A stretch of DNA of 64,000 nt, taken from Cenococcum geophilum (Eukaryota). Location: contig CP158635.1 of NCBI GenBank assembly GCA_050273025.1, forward strand, positions 7,006,001 to 7,070,000, written 5' to 3'. Below the pieces are notes generated by a model. The model made no database searches, was not told the origin of the DNA, and worked only from the letters and a program-made list of their open reading frames with translations. Positions 1-12,897 of the stretch are shown here, one piece after another (the first letter of the stretch is position 1; each line of letters begins with the position of its first letter). Made by a program: the position numbers and the translations under genes.

Positions 1-759
1 GACGTATATACTTAGCGTTAGAGATAGATTAAACGTTATAGGACAACCGCATATTCGCTCGAGTATACTTAGCATAAAAAGAAGGTTAGCAACTAAATGG
101 AGCTGCGATTGTAATATATACTAACTTCTTCTCTATATAACAAGAATAGAACGGTATAACTTTACTAAGTAACAGAATAAACGTCACCAGCTAGTTATAA
201 TAATTAGACGCAGAAGATTTAATAAGAGGCATTAGAAATAATAAAGGTTATTAAATTAAAGACGGGAATGCTATACCTCTAATAAACGACTTAGAGATAG
301 GAGATATCTTTAAAGACAAAGATAAAGAGGAGGGGGATGGTGTTACGGACCTTATATTGGTAGTAGTGCGACTACTAAGGGCAGATATAAATGGGTTAGT
401 TAAGATAGTATAGGAGGAGCTAGAACTAATTAAGCTATAAAATAAAAGGTAGCTAAGTTATATAGCTAGTTATGTTATAAGTTTAGAACGTAGGAACGTA
501 GGAATATGGGAACGCGACGTACTAACGTACTAACGTACCGACGTACTGAACTCTTTATTATAGAGAGGAGTTATATATTTAAGGACACACGGTCTTTATA
601 GATAGTTTCTCTTCCTTATAGTAAATCTTAGAATATAATTAGAGTTAATCTGTTAGGCAACTACTCCACTAGTTATGTTTACGTTGTTAACTATTCTATA
701 CCTACATACCCAGCCCATTAACAAGTCCACCGTAGTATTTCCTACAAGGCTTCGTTATA
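1..759 (+). mobile_element. 3' end of RIP-degraded Ty3/Gypsy LTR retrotransposon (antisense ORF remnant, PPT, 3' LTR 341-759)
   Basis: Polypurine tract GAGGAGGGGGATGG directly precedes TGTTAC at 341. Segment 341-759 is the reverse complement of the LTR at 4413-4824 and is related to the LTRs at 49203 and 56729. Confidence 0.8.
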
Positions 760-2893
760 GTAAAATGGCTTATCCTTAGTAACTATAATCCCCTTTATAC
801 TTCTAGCGAGGAGACATATTTAAAAAGGAGGAAGGTGTTATAGTCTCTTATACTAAGTCTTTATAGTAGCTTTAGTAAGCACGCCTTTTTTATAAAGGCG
901 CGATTATATAGTAGCTAGAGCTATTATAAAAGGAACCTCTATAGGGTTATCTACTAGTATAAACGTATTAAGTCCGTTAATATATAGGATATAGGCTATT
1001 TCTGCCTAATCTTTAATAAAGTTAATTATATTATAGAGACCGTTAAAGAAGGCTCCCTTCTCTTATAGAACACTAAGCGAGATAATATTTATAAAGAAGT
1101 TAGGATAGTAATATACTTTGGTAAATATAATTATATAGGCCAAGTAGTTAGTTTGGGCGACTATAAGCTTAACTAATCTAACGCCAATGGCCTTTATTAG
1201 GCCTCCTCCTGTCTAAATTTAGATAGGTTTAATTTTCTTATACTAGATAAACTTCTTAATATTATTGCCTATATAAATATTTAACTATTAGCTATCTAGG
1301 AGTTCTTAATATTTATTCCTAAAGCTATAGCTGCTAGCCCAATAACCTATATAGTAAAGATTGATCTAGTTACCAAATTAGTAGCTTAAAAGGGGCGATT
1401 AGATGTCCCCTTAGAGGCCTTATTTATATTTAAGGCTACTTTATTACCTAAGCGCGGAGGTCGTTTCTCTCTAGGTCTCCACTATTCGGGTCTTAAGTAA
1501 GCATACTTTATTTAGCAGCCTTCCTCGCCACCTAGATAGCCTAGCTTATACTATTTATATTTATTTAAAGCATCCTTAATAGGGCCCTAATTACCTAATA
1601 AGGCACCACGGCCAGCTCCCCCGCCTCCGCCGCGACTATTGCTGCGACTATAACTATTGCCACGTCCTTAACCGGGGTTACCTAGTGGCTTATTAACTAA
1701 GGCAAAGCTCTTAGGTAAGTCCTTCTGCCGAGTCTCGTTAGTAAGGTCAGCGATTAATTAAAGTAGTAAAATTGTATGGCTATTGCGGATCTTGTCTTAT
1801 TGGATTTAAGCCTATATAGGGAAGTGTTTATTAACGGCGTTAATAAATTAATAGTTAATAATCATGTTATCTAGGGCAAGCTTTACCTGCTTAATTCCTT
1901 AAACCGCTTCTTAGCAACGGCTTGAAAAAGTAGTAATTACTTAGTTTAATTAAAAACGGAGCTTAATAAAAGTCTCCTATATATTGGCCTTATAGATTAA
2001 GCTACGGGCCTTAAACGTCTGCTTAAGGTAATTAATATAGTCCTTTACCGTCTGCTTATACTCTAAGGTAGTAAGGATCTTATTATTAATTATACTAAGG
2101 ATAACTAAACAGACTTTGCCGTTTTCCTTATTATACTTATTAGAGAGTGCCTTATTAGTTAAGCAAATTAAATTATTAGTATCCGCAATAATTTAAGACC
2201 TCTTAAGGATCTTATCTCGCTCCTCCTTGTTAGTATCTTTTAGTACTTAATTAATAGATATTATGGGTTTCTCTTCCTAGAGCTTTAGGTAGAGGGGTAG
2301 GCCTATATCTTCCCAAATAATATATAGAAGGCCCTTATTATACAGGTACGTGCTAAGCTGCGTCTAATATTAGTGCTAATTTAAACCATCTTTCTTAAGG
2401 CTTTAAATGCCTAGATAGTTTTTACCTATAGCGTCGCGTAAATAAAAGGATTTAACGCGTAAACAGTCGAATTTTAATGCGTAAAAAAAACAAATTTAAC
2501 GCGTAAATTTAATAATAAAAAATGACTTTGTATATAGGTGTGGTAACCTTTAATACGGCCTATAGTAAGGCGTTAAATATAGAGCAGTAAGATATAACCT
2601 AGTATAGGTATAGTAACCCTTAATGCAACCTATGGTAAGGTGTTAATCTTCTAACGTTATAGCTTGGTAGTAACGAGTGCTTATAACCTAATAAACTAAA
2701 TAATATTAGAATGAATAAATAAATCTATTAAATCTAACTATAAGGAATATAGGCCTATATCTACAGATACTAAAGTAGTTACTACGGAGACCGAATAAAA
2801 GAGGTGTCTGCTTATATAAGCAGGAAACGCGTATAGGCGTATATAGAGGACTCTTTTAGAACCATTATTAGTGGAGTCTTAACCCCTACTAAT
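760..2893 (-). mobile_element. Truncated RIP-degraded Ty1/Copia element (gag/protease part, probable 5' LTR ~2706-2893)
   Basis: Minus strand reads a RIP-altered Copia protease-region motif (S*IANS..YIGNN, cf. WIADSG..H) and YYPNFFINIISLSVL. GGTTATAAGC (cf. Copia PBS-region GGTTATGAGC) lies next to the putative LTR. Confidence 0.6.
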
Positions 2894-4824
2894 ATTTCTT
2901 GTTCTATAGTGGAATTATTCTCTACCTTTATTACGTATTCAAGCTTTATATACTTTTAGTTAGTCGCCTATTTCTTCTTATAATTACTGCTAATAGTCTA
3001 ATTATCTTAATTTTTAGATTTTATTGCTTAGTAAAACTAGTATATAAGAACTTTCTCTGTTAACTACTAGCCGTATATACCGTCTTTATTCTAATCTAGT
3101 TTATAAAGTTAATCTTATTCTTTATCTAACTCTCTTATACCCTAAAGTCCTTTTAACTTTAGGCTCTTATAGCTAATAGCTTATACTATACTTAGCATTC
3201 TTATAAACTTAGAATGCGTTATTATAGTAAAACGCAAAACTATTAATTAAACACTCTTTTATTTCTCTATATATATATATTATTTACTAGTCTTATTTCC
3301 TTTACTATATAGTAACTCTAACCACTTCTATAGTCTCTAGCGAAATAACTTTATTTTCTATAGTTTATATAAGTTTCTTCTTTAAGCCATTTTTCTTATT
3401 ATAGAGTTTGCCTAAACGTCTTTTGCTATTAAGATTTCTAATTTAGCCTCTGCTTCTTAGTCCTATAATTACTTAATTTTTAATCTTTAGGTTTTTATAG
3501 TTTCTTATTTTATCTTTTAGATTCTTTAGTACCGCTTAGGTCTATTAGCTCTAGTCCGCTATTTTATAGTTTTTAACTCTAACTATATTGTTACGTGCCT
3601 TGCGCCTTATATAACTATAAAACTCTATTTTATTCTTTCTTAGTTTGTTTTCTTTAATAGATTCTATTATTAATTTTAATTACTTAATTTATAAGTTCCC
3701 TAAGTATATCCGTATCTTTTATTAGAATAATTACATTCTAGACTTTCGCTTTAAGTTCTTACTTATACTATACTATAAGCGCCTTATTATTTTACTTAAC
3801 CTATATAGCTAGTATTTAAAACTACGTTATATACTTAATTGCTAAGGTTTATTATACTATATTTTAAAGCTTTTATTTTACTATAATTATTGCTTTTAAG
3901 TCCCCAAATATTTATATAAGTTAGCTTGTGAATCCTTTCTAGCTTAAGAACATATACTTAACTTCTAGGTTAGTAGTTATGTTTCTATGCTTTTATATCT
4001 TAATAAGATAAGATTCGAAACACTTAAGTGCTCTTTTTATTAGAAATAATTCTGTATAGACTACTTAGTCTATTAATATAGCGAGCTTTGTACTCTCTTA
4101 TATTACCTTAAAGCGCATTTATACTAAAAATCCCTTAAGCTTTAACTTCTCTTCTAAGAATCGCTTAACCGATAGTAATTTAACCTTTACTACTCTGATT
4201 CTATTAATTCGTTCTTTAAGTATTTAATTATTATCTATTAATTAATTAACTATTTCTTGTAATTAACCTACTGTAATAAGCTGTAAGTTAGTATCCTATA
4301 TACTAGTATTCCCACTTATTCTTAATGTGGTTACTACTATTAATGGCGTTATAACTAGTGCTTTTAGTGACATATTACTTAACTTATTAATACTATAACT
4401 AGGTAGTAAATATATAATAAAGCCTTATAGGAAATACTACGGTAAACTTATTAATAGGCTAGGTATATAGGTAACTAATAAGTTAATAATAATAATATAA
4501 CTAGTAGAGTGGTTACTTAATAGATTAACTCTAATTATATTCTAAGATTTACTATAAAGAAGAGAACTATTTAAATAGGGACTGTGGTCCTTTAAATATA
4601 TAATACTGCGCCTAAGAAATATACTAAGCACGTTAGTGCATTAATACGTCAGTATGTTACGTTTCTACGTTTCTACGTTCCGAACTTGTAACGTAACTAG
4701 CCATATAACTTAGTTACCCCTTGTTTTATAGCTTAATCGGTTCTAGCGCCTTTTATACTATCTTAACTAACCTATTTATATCTCTTCTTAGTAGTCGTAC
4801 TACTGCTAATATAAGGTCCGTAAT
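2894..4824 (-). mobile_element. 5' part of RIP-degraded Gypsy element (5' LTR 4413-4824 + gag)
   Basis: Colinear homology with the gag at ~55500-56700. RIP-masked zinc knuckle TYINYRK*SYFARDY (C-x2-C-x4-H-x4-C) at ~3325-3375. LTR matches 341-759. Confidence 0.75.
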
Positions 4825-5521
4825 CTTTTTTCGTTTAGCCTATTACGAAATAAAATAATATTTTACTATTTCTACTAAAGTCTCTACCCACTTAACTTGT
4901 AGTAAGTTATAAAGTATTTACGACAATCTATACCTTTTATTAGATAAATTTATTTACTACCTTAAAGCAATAATAGAAGGTAAATCTATACTAACGACCT
5001 AGGATTTTTTAAATTTCTTATAGACTAAGAACGTATACCACCTTAGTAACTATTAGTCGTATTTAAAACTACGGTACTTATAGATTTATACCTTAAGAAT
5101 ATAAATATACTATTTTATAGTGTTTTCTTTTTATTTAAATTATTTCTCCACTTATTATATATAGAGGTTATTTATCTATTCCAGTATAGTAAGAAGGGGT
5201 AGTTAGGTTACGCGAGGAGGCTTAAACTTATAGCTATACTTATAGGGCTATTTATATAGGAACTTCTCTAAGTATATATAAAGGGGGTTTAGGTTGTTAT
5301 AGGGTTTATAGAGGTCTTTGTATCGGAACTTCGTTAATATTTCTAGATCTAGGACTTATATATTTCTTTTTTTTTCTAGTTCTAGTATTTTCCTAACATT
5401 TTTCTTACCAATTACGTACTGGGCGTGAATTATTAATTACGCACTAGGATGAATAAGTATTCTCCGCTCTAGTTTAAGCAGGGAGGGTTGTGCGAACTAG
5501 GCTTACGAGCTGAAGGTCGTG

Positions 5522-5712
5522 CTGGGTAATCGTCCGAGCTAGGTAATCGTGCGAGCTAGGTAATCGTGAGAGCTAGGTGATTATGCGAGCTAGGAGATCT
5601 TATAGCTAGGCGATCGTGCGAGCTAGGAGATTTTATAAGCTAGGTAATTGTGCGAGTTAGAAAATCGTGCGAGTTAGGTGATCGTGCGAGTTGGGTAATT
5701 GTACGAACTAAG
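5522..5712. repeat. Degenerate 17-bp minisatellite (CTAGGTAATCGTGCGAG-like, ~11 copies)
   Basis: Head-to-tail units with no spacers are visible directly. Confidence 0.85.
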
Positions 5713-6309
5713 GCGGTTTATCTAAGTTCCAGAAAATGATTAGATAAGTGATTAGACGGTGCTACAGTAGGTGTAGTCTATTATTTTATCTAAGGCACTA
5801 AGTCTCTACCCAAAATTAAATACCCCCTTTACCAATACTCTTATAAATATATCTACAACTATATTAAATACAGACCCTAAAGCGAGTTAATAAACGTAGA
5901 GAGGCTACTATAAGATCTCGCTGCCGTCTTTTAATGCCTTTAATAATTACATACCTAGTAAGACAATTGGTAATATATATCCTCTTATCGATTTTAAATA
6001 GACGACCTATACAGCCCAAAATATACTCTAATTACGACGTTAAATTAGTAGAGAGGCCTATTATCGTTCTAGAAAATATCGCGATTATTTAAAATAACGA
6101 GTAATAGGCAAGTTAATTTACTACGTAATTTAAATTCTGTTAAGAAACAAGCTAGTAATAGTAGCTTAAGTCCCTAAACAAAGCCCTTAATCAATTTACT
6201 TTTCTATACCTGGCATTACCGCGGACCTTACCCTAGTGCTAAATATAATATTACAAACCACTCATTTATAAATCGCCCACTCCGCTAACCTCCGAAATCT
6301 TACCTAACC

Positions 6310-7436
6310 TTACCCCAGCGTATCAGCATGCTGGAACTTCTCCCTATCCACCCGATCCCCCAGACTCGCCGTCCGCACCGCCTCCTCGGCCGCAATCGCC
6401 GCAACATTCGGTCGCTGCACCTCCTCCGCCGTCGCGGGGACGGGAGGGGGTTCGAAGAGCTTGGCCTCGTGGTCATTAAAGTCCTGTCCCGGGTTAACCG
6501 TCTGGTACTCAACCGTCTTCATCAGCTTATAGAAGCCGACGGCGAGCAGCGTGCCCATAAACGGCCCAATCCAGTAGATCCAGTGGTATCCGTTAAAGAA
6601 GTGTGTTACTACGGAGGGGCCGAAGCTACGCGCGGGATTAAGGGAACCGCCGGTAAAGAAGACGCCTAAGGGGGATGGAGTTAGTCGGCTAGAAAGTAAG
6701 TAGGGTGCTAAGGGGGTTATTACCTGTCATTTCTGCTATAAAAAGTGATAGCCCTATTCCGATTGGCGCTAGGTACGTAGCTTTATGTTTCTCAGCTGCA
6801 AGCATAAAGATAGTAAAGACCAGTTCGGCGGTTAAGAACATCTCGAGAAAGACGCCCTGCGCAATAGTTGTGCCACCTCCAAGAGAGGTAGATACGTTAA
6901 GTGGGCCGGGGAGAATTGCAGAGACCACGCCCGCGGCGGCCATGCCGGCGAGCATTTGGGCGATAAAGCAGAGAACGGCTCGAAGAGGATTAACGGCCCC
7001 AATGAGATAGAGGCCGAGGGTTACCTAGAATAAACGGTTAGATTATGCTTCTTTCCTTTAGTATAGAAATAGGACGTACTGCAGGGTTAAACAGCCCTCC
7101 GCTAATTCTAAAGAATATCCAGACATTAACTGCGAGTGAGAAACCAAACGCAAGACTGATAAAGAGAAGCACTGAAGTATTGGGTGCTTGTGTTATCGAG
7201 TGATTTTCCTGCTGTCCTCCTGCACCATTTGCTACTACAGCTGCAGCATTGGCGACTTGTGTTGCTCCAAATGCAAAGAATAGGAACATAAATGTGCCCC
7301 CAAACTCTGCCACAAACGCAACTATCTCATTACGAGCACGGTTTGAGAGAAATGGTAGGGGGTGATGTTGCCCCCGTTCATTTTCGTTGTTGGGGTCGAA
7401 ATCCTTTTTATGGAAAGGCAGGACGTTTTGACGCAT
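6310..7436 (-). CDS. Aquaporin (MIP family, fungal water channel); exons 7436-7080, 7024-6724, 6665-6310
   Basis: Two NPA motifs (ISGGLFNPAV, TGGSLNPARSFG), AEFGGTFMFLFF in TM1, and HWIYWIGP. Two GT-AG introns restore the frame. Confidence 0.93.
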
Positions 7437-8189
7437 CGCGAAAGACGAAGCCTCCAATAGAGAATACGCGCGACGGGAGAAAAGTTTAGAAATTAAAAAC
7501 CAGATTAAGGATCCGAATAGCGCCGATAAACGTACAGAGCTCAACGAGAACTAAAGACAGCAAGAAAATAAAGAGAGGAAGGTTGGATTAACCCGTTAAA
7601 TACGCAAATATGCCCGGCTACGAAGGTGGCGTTTAGAGGGAGCAGCTGTCAAAAGAAGCCCAAGGAGGGGACCCCGTCTTCCGCACCTCCCACGGACTCC
7701 AATAAACATGATGTGTAATACTGCCTTTAATGCTGCAACATGAGCACCTCCAATGAAAGGGCTACGTGGCGCTCCTATGATGAAGCCGGCGTCTCGAACT
7801 CACCGATAAGGCCACACGGACGACGCCCTAAGGGAATTTAGAAGGTCTGATGTGAGTATGATCTTCGCAGGGTTCGCGTTGAAGCGATCCTGGGGGAAAA
7901 TAAAGTTATCAGTCGATGATTGATGACGGAGGTGGCGTGCCGAGTTGGCGCGCTAGGATCGTCGAACGTCTAGTTGTGCCGATGATGCACTTCTACAATC
8001 TGCATGTAAATGTGATAATTTCTTTAGACTGCATTCCTCAAATTTCATTAATTGGTTCAATAATTGGCGTACAGTTGACAATATCAAAGGGAAGACATTT
8101 GAAATCTACGACTGGAGCTGGACCCATTTAAGGCAGCAACGCCCCAAAATTCGCCACCAACCACCTGACTATATGGAGCCTTGGCTATT

Positions 8190-8731
8190 ACAAAGTAAGA
8201 ATTTTTAGAGATCTACCAAGCTACAAATAAAGACGGTATTCGAGTTAATATTCCTATATCGCCTTCCGTTGGAGAGAATATTAATAAAGTTATTAATTTA
8301 GTTATACAAGGTGCTACACCCCTACGTTCTAAAGCTTTGCATAATCTACGGGATCTTACCTTAAGAACCCTTGCAAATAAAGTTGTACTTTAGCGCATGA
8401 ATACGGAGATAGAGAAGCAGAAGAGGCAGCGTTAAGGAAAGGAAAAGACGTCATATGGTAAGGCACGAGTTTCGTCAGTGCAAGAGGCTCTTTAAAGGAA
8501 CCAAGAATGGGAGGAGAAGGAGCAAGAAGAGGCTCTTAGAAGGGAACGTAATGCGGCTTTACGTGGTAAAGTAGGCTTCGCGAAGAAGGTGTTGAAGGAA
8601 CTACCTCTACAGACCGATCTTTTTGGATAGTATTAATAAATTGACCAATTTGGGTGAGAGTCCGTGCATACGAGAGCTGGGCCCAGGGGTGGCTCGATCG
8701 GGTGGCTGGCTAGTTGGGGTGGCAGTTACGT
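8190..8731 (+). mobile_element. 3' remnant of pogo/Fot1-like DNA transposon
   Basis: Degenerate basic/coiled-coil transposase C-terminus (...KRQR*GKEKTSYGKARV...). The terminus has repeated GGGTGGC motifs ending ACGT followed by TA. The left boundary is approximate. Confidence 0.55.
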
Positions 8732-9047
8732 TATCCCGTGTCACCGGAATGAATCTTCTGCGGAGCGTCTGATTTATGAGATAACCTCGATCCCAGAGGT
8801 CTTACCTCCTTAAGGATTCGTCTCCTCTATAATCTATCTTGTTCCTACAATCACGCTTCACAGCCCCTGCCTGCAATGTCCCCTGACAGCTTTTCTATTG
8901 TATCTAAGATCATTCACTTGAAGGTCCACCTTACAAAGTCTAACAACAGGCAACAAGCCAATTAGCGCTGAGCTTGCAAAAGACCCGACCCATGCAGATT
9001 CCTTCCCCATACTTGTCGCCAGGTGTCACCATTCAACTCGTACAGCG

Positions 9048-9544
9048 TCAATGACCGTTATTGGCCTGGCCTCGCTCAATCCGGAACGTGAGCGTGTCAC
9101 CGCTCTGGATGTGATAGTGCGACAGGTTGTGACCGGCCCGGAGGCTAGAACCGTCGAAATACAACCTGACCAGCTGCCAATCATCGCGACTCATTCCCAT
9201 TGCGTCTGCGATCATTTCCCTGACGGTTCTGACGGAGGCGTCCCTGGGTGGCACCCTGAGAGTGATCGTGGTGGTGTCGTTGGGTCTTTCCCGCCGGCAG
9301 TCTGGTAAATGTTAGTTCCTCCAGCTGCTTGCCGGCGAAGATCAAGCGCTGGAAATCAAGAGGAATGCACTCCCTATCCTGAATCTTGCTCTTAATGTTT
9401 TCAATACCATCAGAGGACTCGACCTCAAGGGTGATGGTCTTTCCAGTGACTAGGCCGAGATATGTTAGTAACACGTACTATCGTGGACTAACAAGTAGCT
9501 ATTAAGAGGTGGGGTACCGTACGCGTTTTAACGAATATCTACAT
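9048..9544 (-). pseudogene. Ubiquitin / ubiquitin-like tandem pseudogene
   Basis: ATG TAG ATA TTC GTT AAA ACG C| = MQIFVKTL with CAG>TAG. After an intron: [38 protein letters not shown], which breaks off. A divergent UBL ([29 protein letters not shown]) follows in another frame. Confidence 0.8.
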
Positions 9545-9724
9545 ATTGGATGTATTATATGAGGTGGTGGGACAACTGCAGAGGGCTGGCTGTAGGTATT
9601 AGGAGCCGTTCGTGAGGATAGATGCAGATTGAAAATAGGTTAAACCAAAAGACGAGTGGAGGGACATGAGCTTTATCCCTTCGGCTGGTGACATCACCGG
9701 CCGAAGGGATAGAAGAATCTGTCA

Positions 9725-9886
9725 GGACACGAGCCAGACTCGCTCAGTAGCGTCACGTTCTCGCCCGATGGCAGCTGGCTGGTGTCGGAATCCTATGACC
9801 ACACTATGCGGGTATGGAAAGTCGCCACCGGGCAAGTCGACTAGACGCTCAAGGGCCATTGCAACGTCGCGTTCTCGCCCGATGGG
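9725..9886 (+). pseudogene. WD40-repeat fragment of HET-E/NACHT-WD type
   Basis: Reads [53 protein letters not shown]. It has an internal stop and no NACHT domain nearby. Confidence 0.7.
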
Positions 9887-10387
9887 GGTTCGGAACAATC
9901 CCTCAAAGCTTAAAAAACCGGGGCTTCTATGCGTCGGTTATCGCATAGATCTCCCAAGGCTCTGAAGCCCTTGGTGGCGTAGACGTATAGGCATAGATTT
10001 ACCCCGCACGGCGTATCTTGGTAGACAATCTTACATCGCCACCCCACCAAGATCACGTGCATATCGCATCTGCCCCGCGTCCACGCCGCGTGCGTGTGAT
10101 GGTGCATGTGAAAGTAAAGGCTCTACCGCCTATGGTAAGCCAAACGTATGCGTCATAGGCGTGGGTTACGGCCTGAGAAATCTATGCGTAGGCCGGAAGA
10201 ACTTTTGGGGCCGTGCGGGGGATGTACTAGACCTCTGCGAGCCCAATGAGCAGGAGAAAAGCGGCTCACAAGCAAAAAAGCGGTGCACACAGCATCCACG
10301 CTGGCTCGTGATAGCGGAAAAGAAGCAATTGGATATCTTAAAAGGGGAGAATAGCGAGAGGAAAAGCGCCACGTGAATGCATAGCAG

Positions 10388-10478
10388 CCTCCCTTCATCT
10401 CTTCATAACCTCCCTTCATCTCTTCATAACCTCCCTTCATCTCTTCATAACCTCCCTTCATCTCTTCATAACCTCCCT
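10388..10478. repeat. 21-bp tandem repeat CCTCCCTTCATCTCTTCATAA x4 plus a partial copy
   Basis: Perfect copies just downstream of the KCH1-like stop codon. Confidence 0.95.
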
Positions 10479-10496
10479 CCACCCCACCGAAGCCTA

Positions 10497-12897
10497 CTAC
10501 CACTCCTCACTCCCCGTCGGCCTACCCTGCCAATGCCCCCCACCCACCCCGCCCCTCCGTCCCGCCGCGCCCCCAGGTCCCACCGTCGCGCTCCTCACCT
10601 GGCCCTGGCTCTGCCCCACCCACCCCGGCTGCACAATCGGCGCCGTAGCACTGCGCTGCGGCAGGACACTCCCCGGCCCACGCCCCGGCAGCGGATTCGA
10701 CGCCTCGCGGCGCTGGATCGCCGACTGCAGGACCGCAGGCAACGCGGCGCCAGGATTCGCGACCGGCGTCGCGTTGCGCGAGGGATTGAAAACAACATAC
10801 CCCCTGCCGTTCCCGTCACTATTGCTAGGGTTGCTGGGGTTGCCCGGGACAAGACTGGGCGGCGGGGATGTGGCGCCACGCCGCCGCTGCTGCGGTTGCT
10901 GTTGGTGGACGGGCGTCGCAGAGCGGAACGGGTCGTAGTCGTCCGCGCCGTAGTACGGGCTCTGGGCCCTCGCCTGGCTCTGGGCCTGACTTTGGTTCTG
11001 CATATAATCATACAACCTTGCGGGCGCACCGAGCGGCGAGATCTCAACGGGGCTCATTTCATACGCGGGGCCATGAGCCGGCACGTGCTGCTGGTCGTAC
11101 GGGGAGAAAGTTGGGTCGGCGAGGCGGGACGGGCCTGGGGCGCGGCGGCTGCTGGCGCTGAAGCCGGTGTTCTGGCGAGAGGGCCCTCCGGTGCGCGGGT
11201 CGTGCGTTGCGGAGAGCGGGCTGATGAGGTGCGGGAAGTTGCGGCCGGAGGGGGAGTTGAAGTCTGTGTTGGTGTTGAGGCGAGAAGGCGCGCCCTGAGG
11301 CATCGGGGAGTAGGGACGCTGGGGACCTTGCAAATCGCCCGTCATGCTGCGGTTCGGAGGTGGGCGCGAGAAGTACTCGCCGTTGCGGTCTAAGGGCGGC
11401 ATTTGGGGGACGGGCGAGCCGCGACCGGGTTCTCCGTATCCCATCGAACCTGCTTGGCTGAGTAGTGGTGCGTTGGAGGTGTAGCTGGCGTTGGAGAATG
11501 CTGAGGATTGGGTATCCGATCGGGTTGGAGGCAGAGGTCTCTTAGCATATTCCGGGAATGATGGAAGAGTAGGTTGTCTTGACGTGCCGCTTCTATTAGT
11601 GCTCATCGTGTTCGTCCGACTTGGAGGTTGTGATGAGTATGGCGGTAGCGAGCCGTTGTTCTCTTTTCCGAAGGAGTAGATCGAGTCCTTATCGTCATCT
11701 GAACCTGAAAGTACTGGTAGTGTTGGTACACGCTGGACTTGGCCTGGCCGATCGCCATTCTTGATGGCCTCCTGCTCTTCCTTTCTGCGTTTTGCGTCTT
11801 GCTTTTCCAATGCCTTCCTGACTTTCACACTAACAATCTTCTCAAGTCTTGAATCTACCTTTCGGCGGCAGTAGATTGACAGTCTTCCATCTGAGCTCGG
11901 AATATAATGCCAGAGGAAGAGTATGTAAAGTATGACAGAAACAATGAGTGATATGGCGGATATGACCCAGACAATAAGTGTGAATAACATGGTGAAGTAA
12001 ATGATTACTTCCTCCCTATTTCGTTGGGCGAGAAGATCCACGTTGATCCAAAATTGTTGAAATGAGGAGTGACCGTCTGTGGCAGCATTTTTGCCCTCAG
12101 GTATCAAATCGGCTCTCATAACAGCCCATAATGTGAGAGCATTAACAACTACTCTCGGGCCTTCGGCAAGAACAATGACAAGAGCTCCTACAAATCGGAT
12201 TAGCATGAAACCTACATGCTGTTCGCGATGCCAACATACCTTTGAATTGAAAGTAGACAAAAAGGGCAATATAATCAACGCCCTTCTTGCTCATTGTTAA
12301 CTCAGCAAAGACGAGAAATCTTCTCCATCCTTGTCCGTTTTTGCCCATTCGGATACTCTGCAAGATGACGGCAAGAGGGTCAAGATAGCTCTCGGCAACA
12401 CCGCCTGCACGAATAACCCGAATGGCTCGGAGCCATTCCAATGCAAGTAGTACATAGGATAGAATGATACAGATGGTGAAGATCCATTTGGCGATGTCGA
12501 AAGGAATTGCTGGCTTAATCTGGCTGGACCACTTGTTGAAGGCTAGAAGATTGATTGCAGTGAATGCATCGGCTATGTAGACGGCAATGGAAGTTATGAC
12601 AAGTATCCACAACCAGGCATACGAGAATGGTGCGATGCAGGATGTTGATTTGAAGTCTGAAAGTGTCTAGAGGTAGTTAGTAAGCTTTCAATCGATCGAG
12701 CGAAGAGATTTGTGCTCTAGCGTAATGCGGCTCCCGATCTACCGTCGAGATTGAAAGTCACAACTTGTGTGAAGCAGCGCCTATTATCCAGGAAATTAAG
12801 GATAAAGAAGAATTGAGCTTCCACATACGATATAATCCCACTTCTGTTCCTCGGTCACCTTGACACCTTTCTCCCTGTCACCTCCACAACAGTCCAT
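10497..12897 (-). CDS. KCH1: Kch1/Prm6-like fungal potassium transporter (3 exons)
   Basis: Spliced N-terminus MDCCGGDREK..EEQKWDYI|TLSDFKSTSCIAPFSYAWLW, conserved-looking AEGPRVVVNALTL and YCRRKVDSRL, several TM helices, and a long Pro/Ser-rich tail. Confidence 0.8.

Noticed and set aside
5522..5712. Regularly spaced repeats as a CRISPR array
   Set aside because: The units are contiguous with no unique spacers, the context is eukaryotic, and there are no cas genes.
10377..11393. 338-aa plus-strand ORF
   Set aside because: It is an antisense shadow of the GC-rich KCH1-like tail, and its start is built from the 21-bp tandem repeat.
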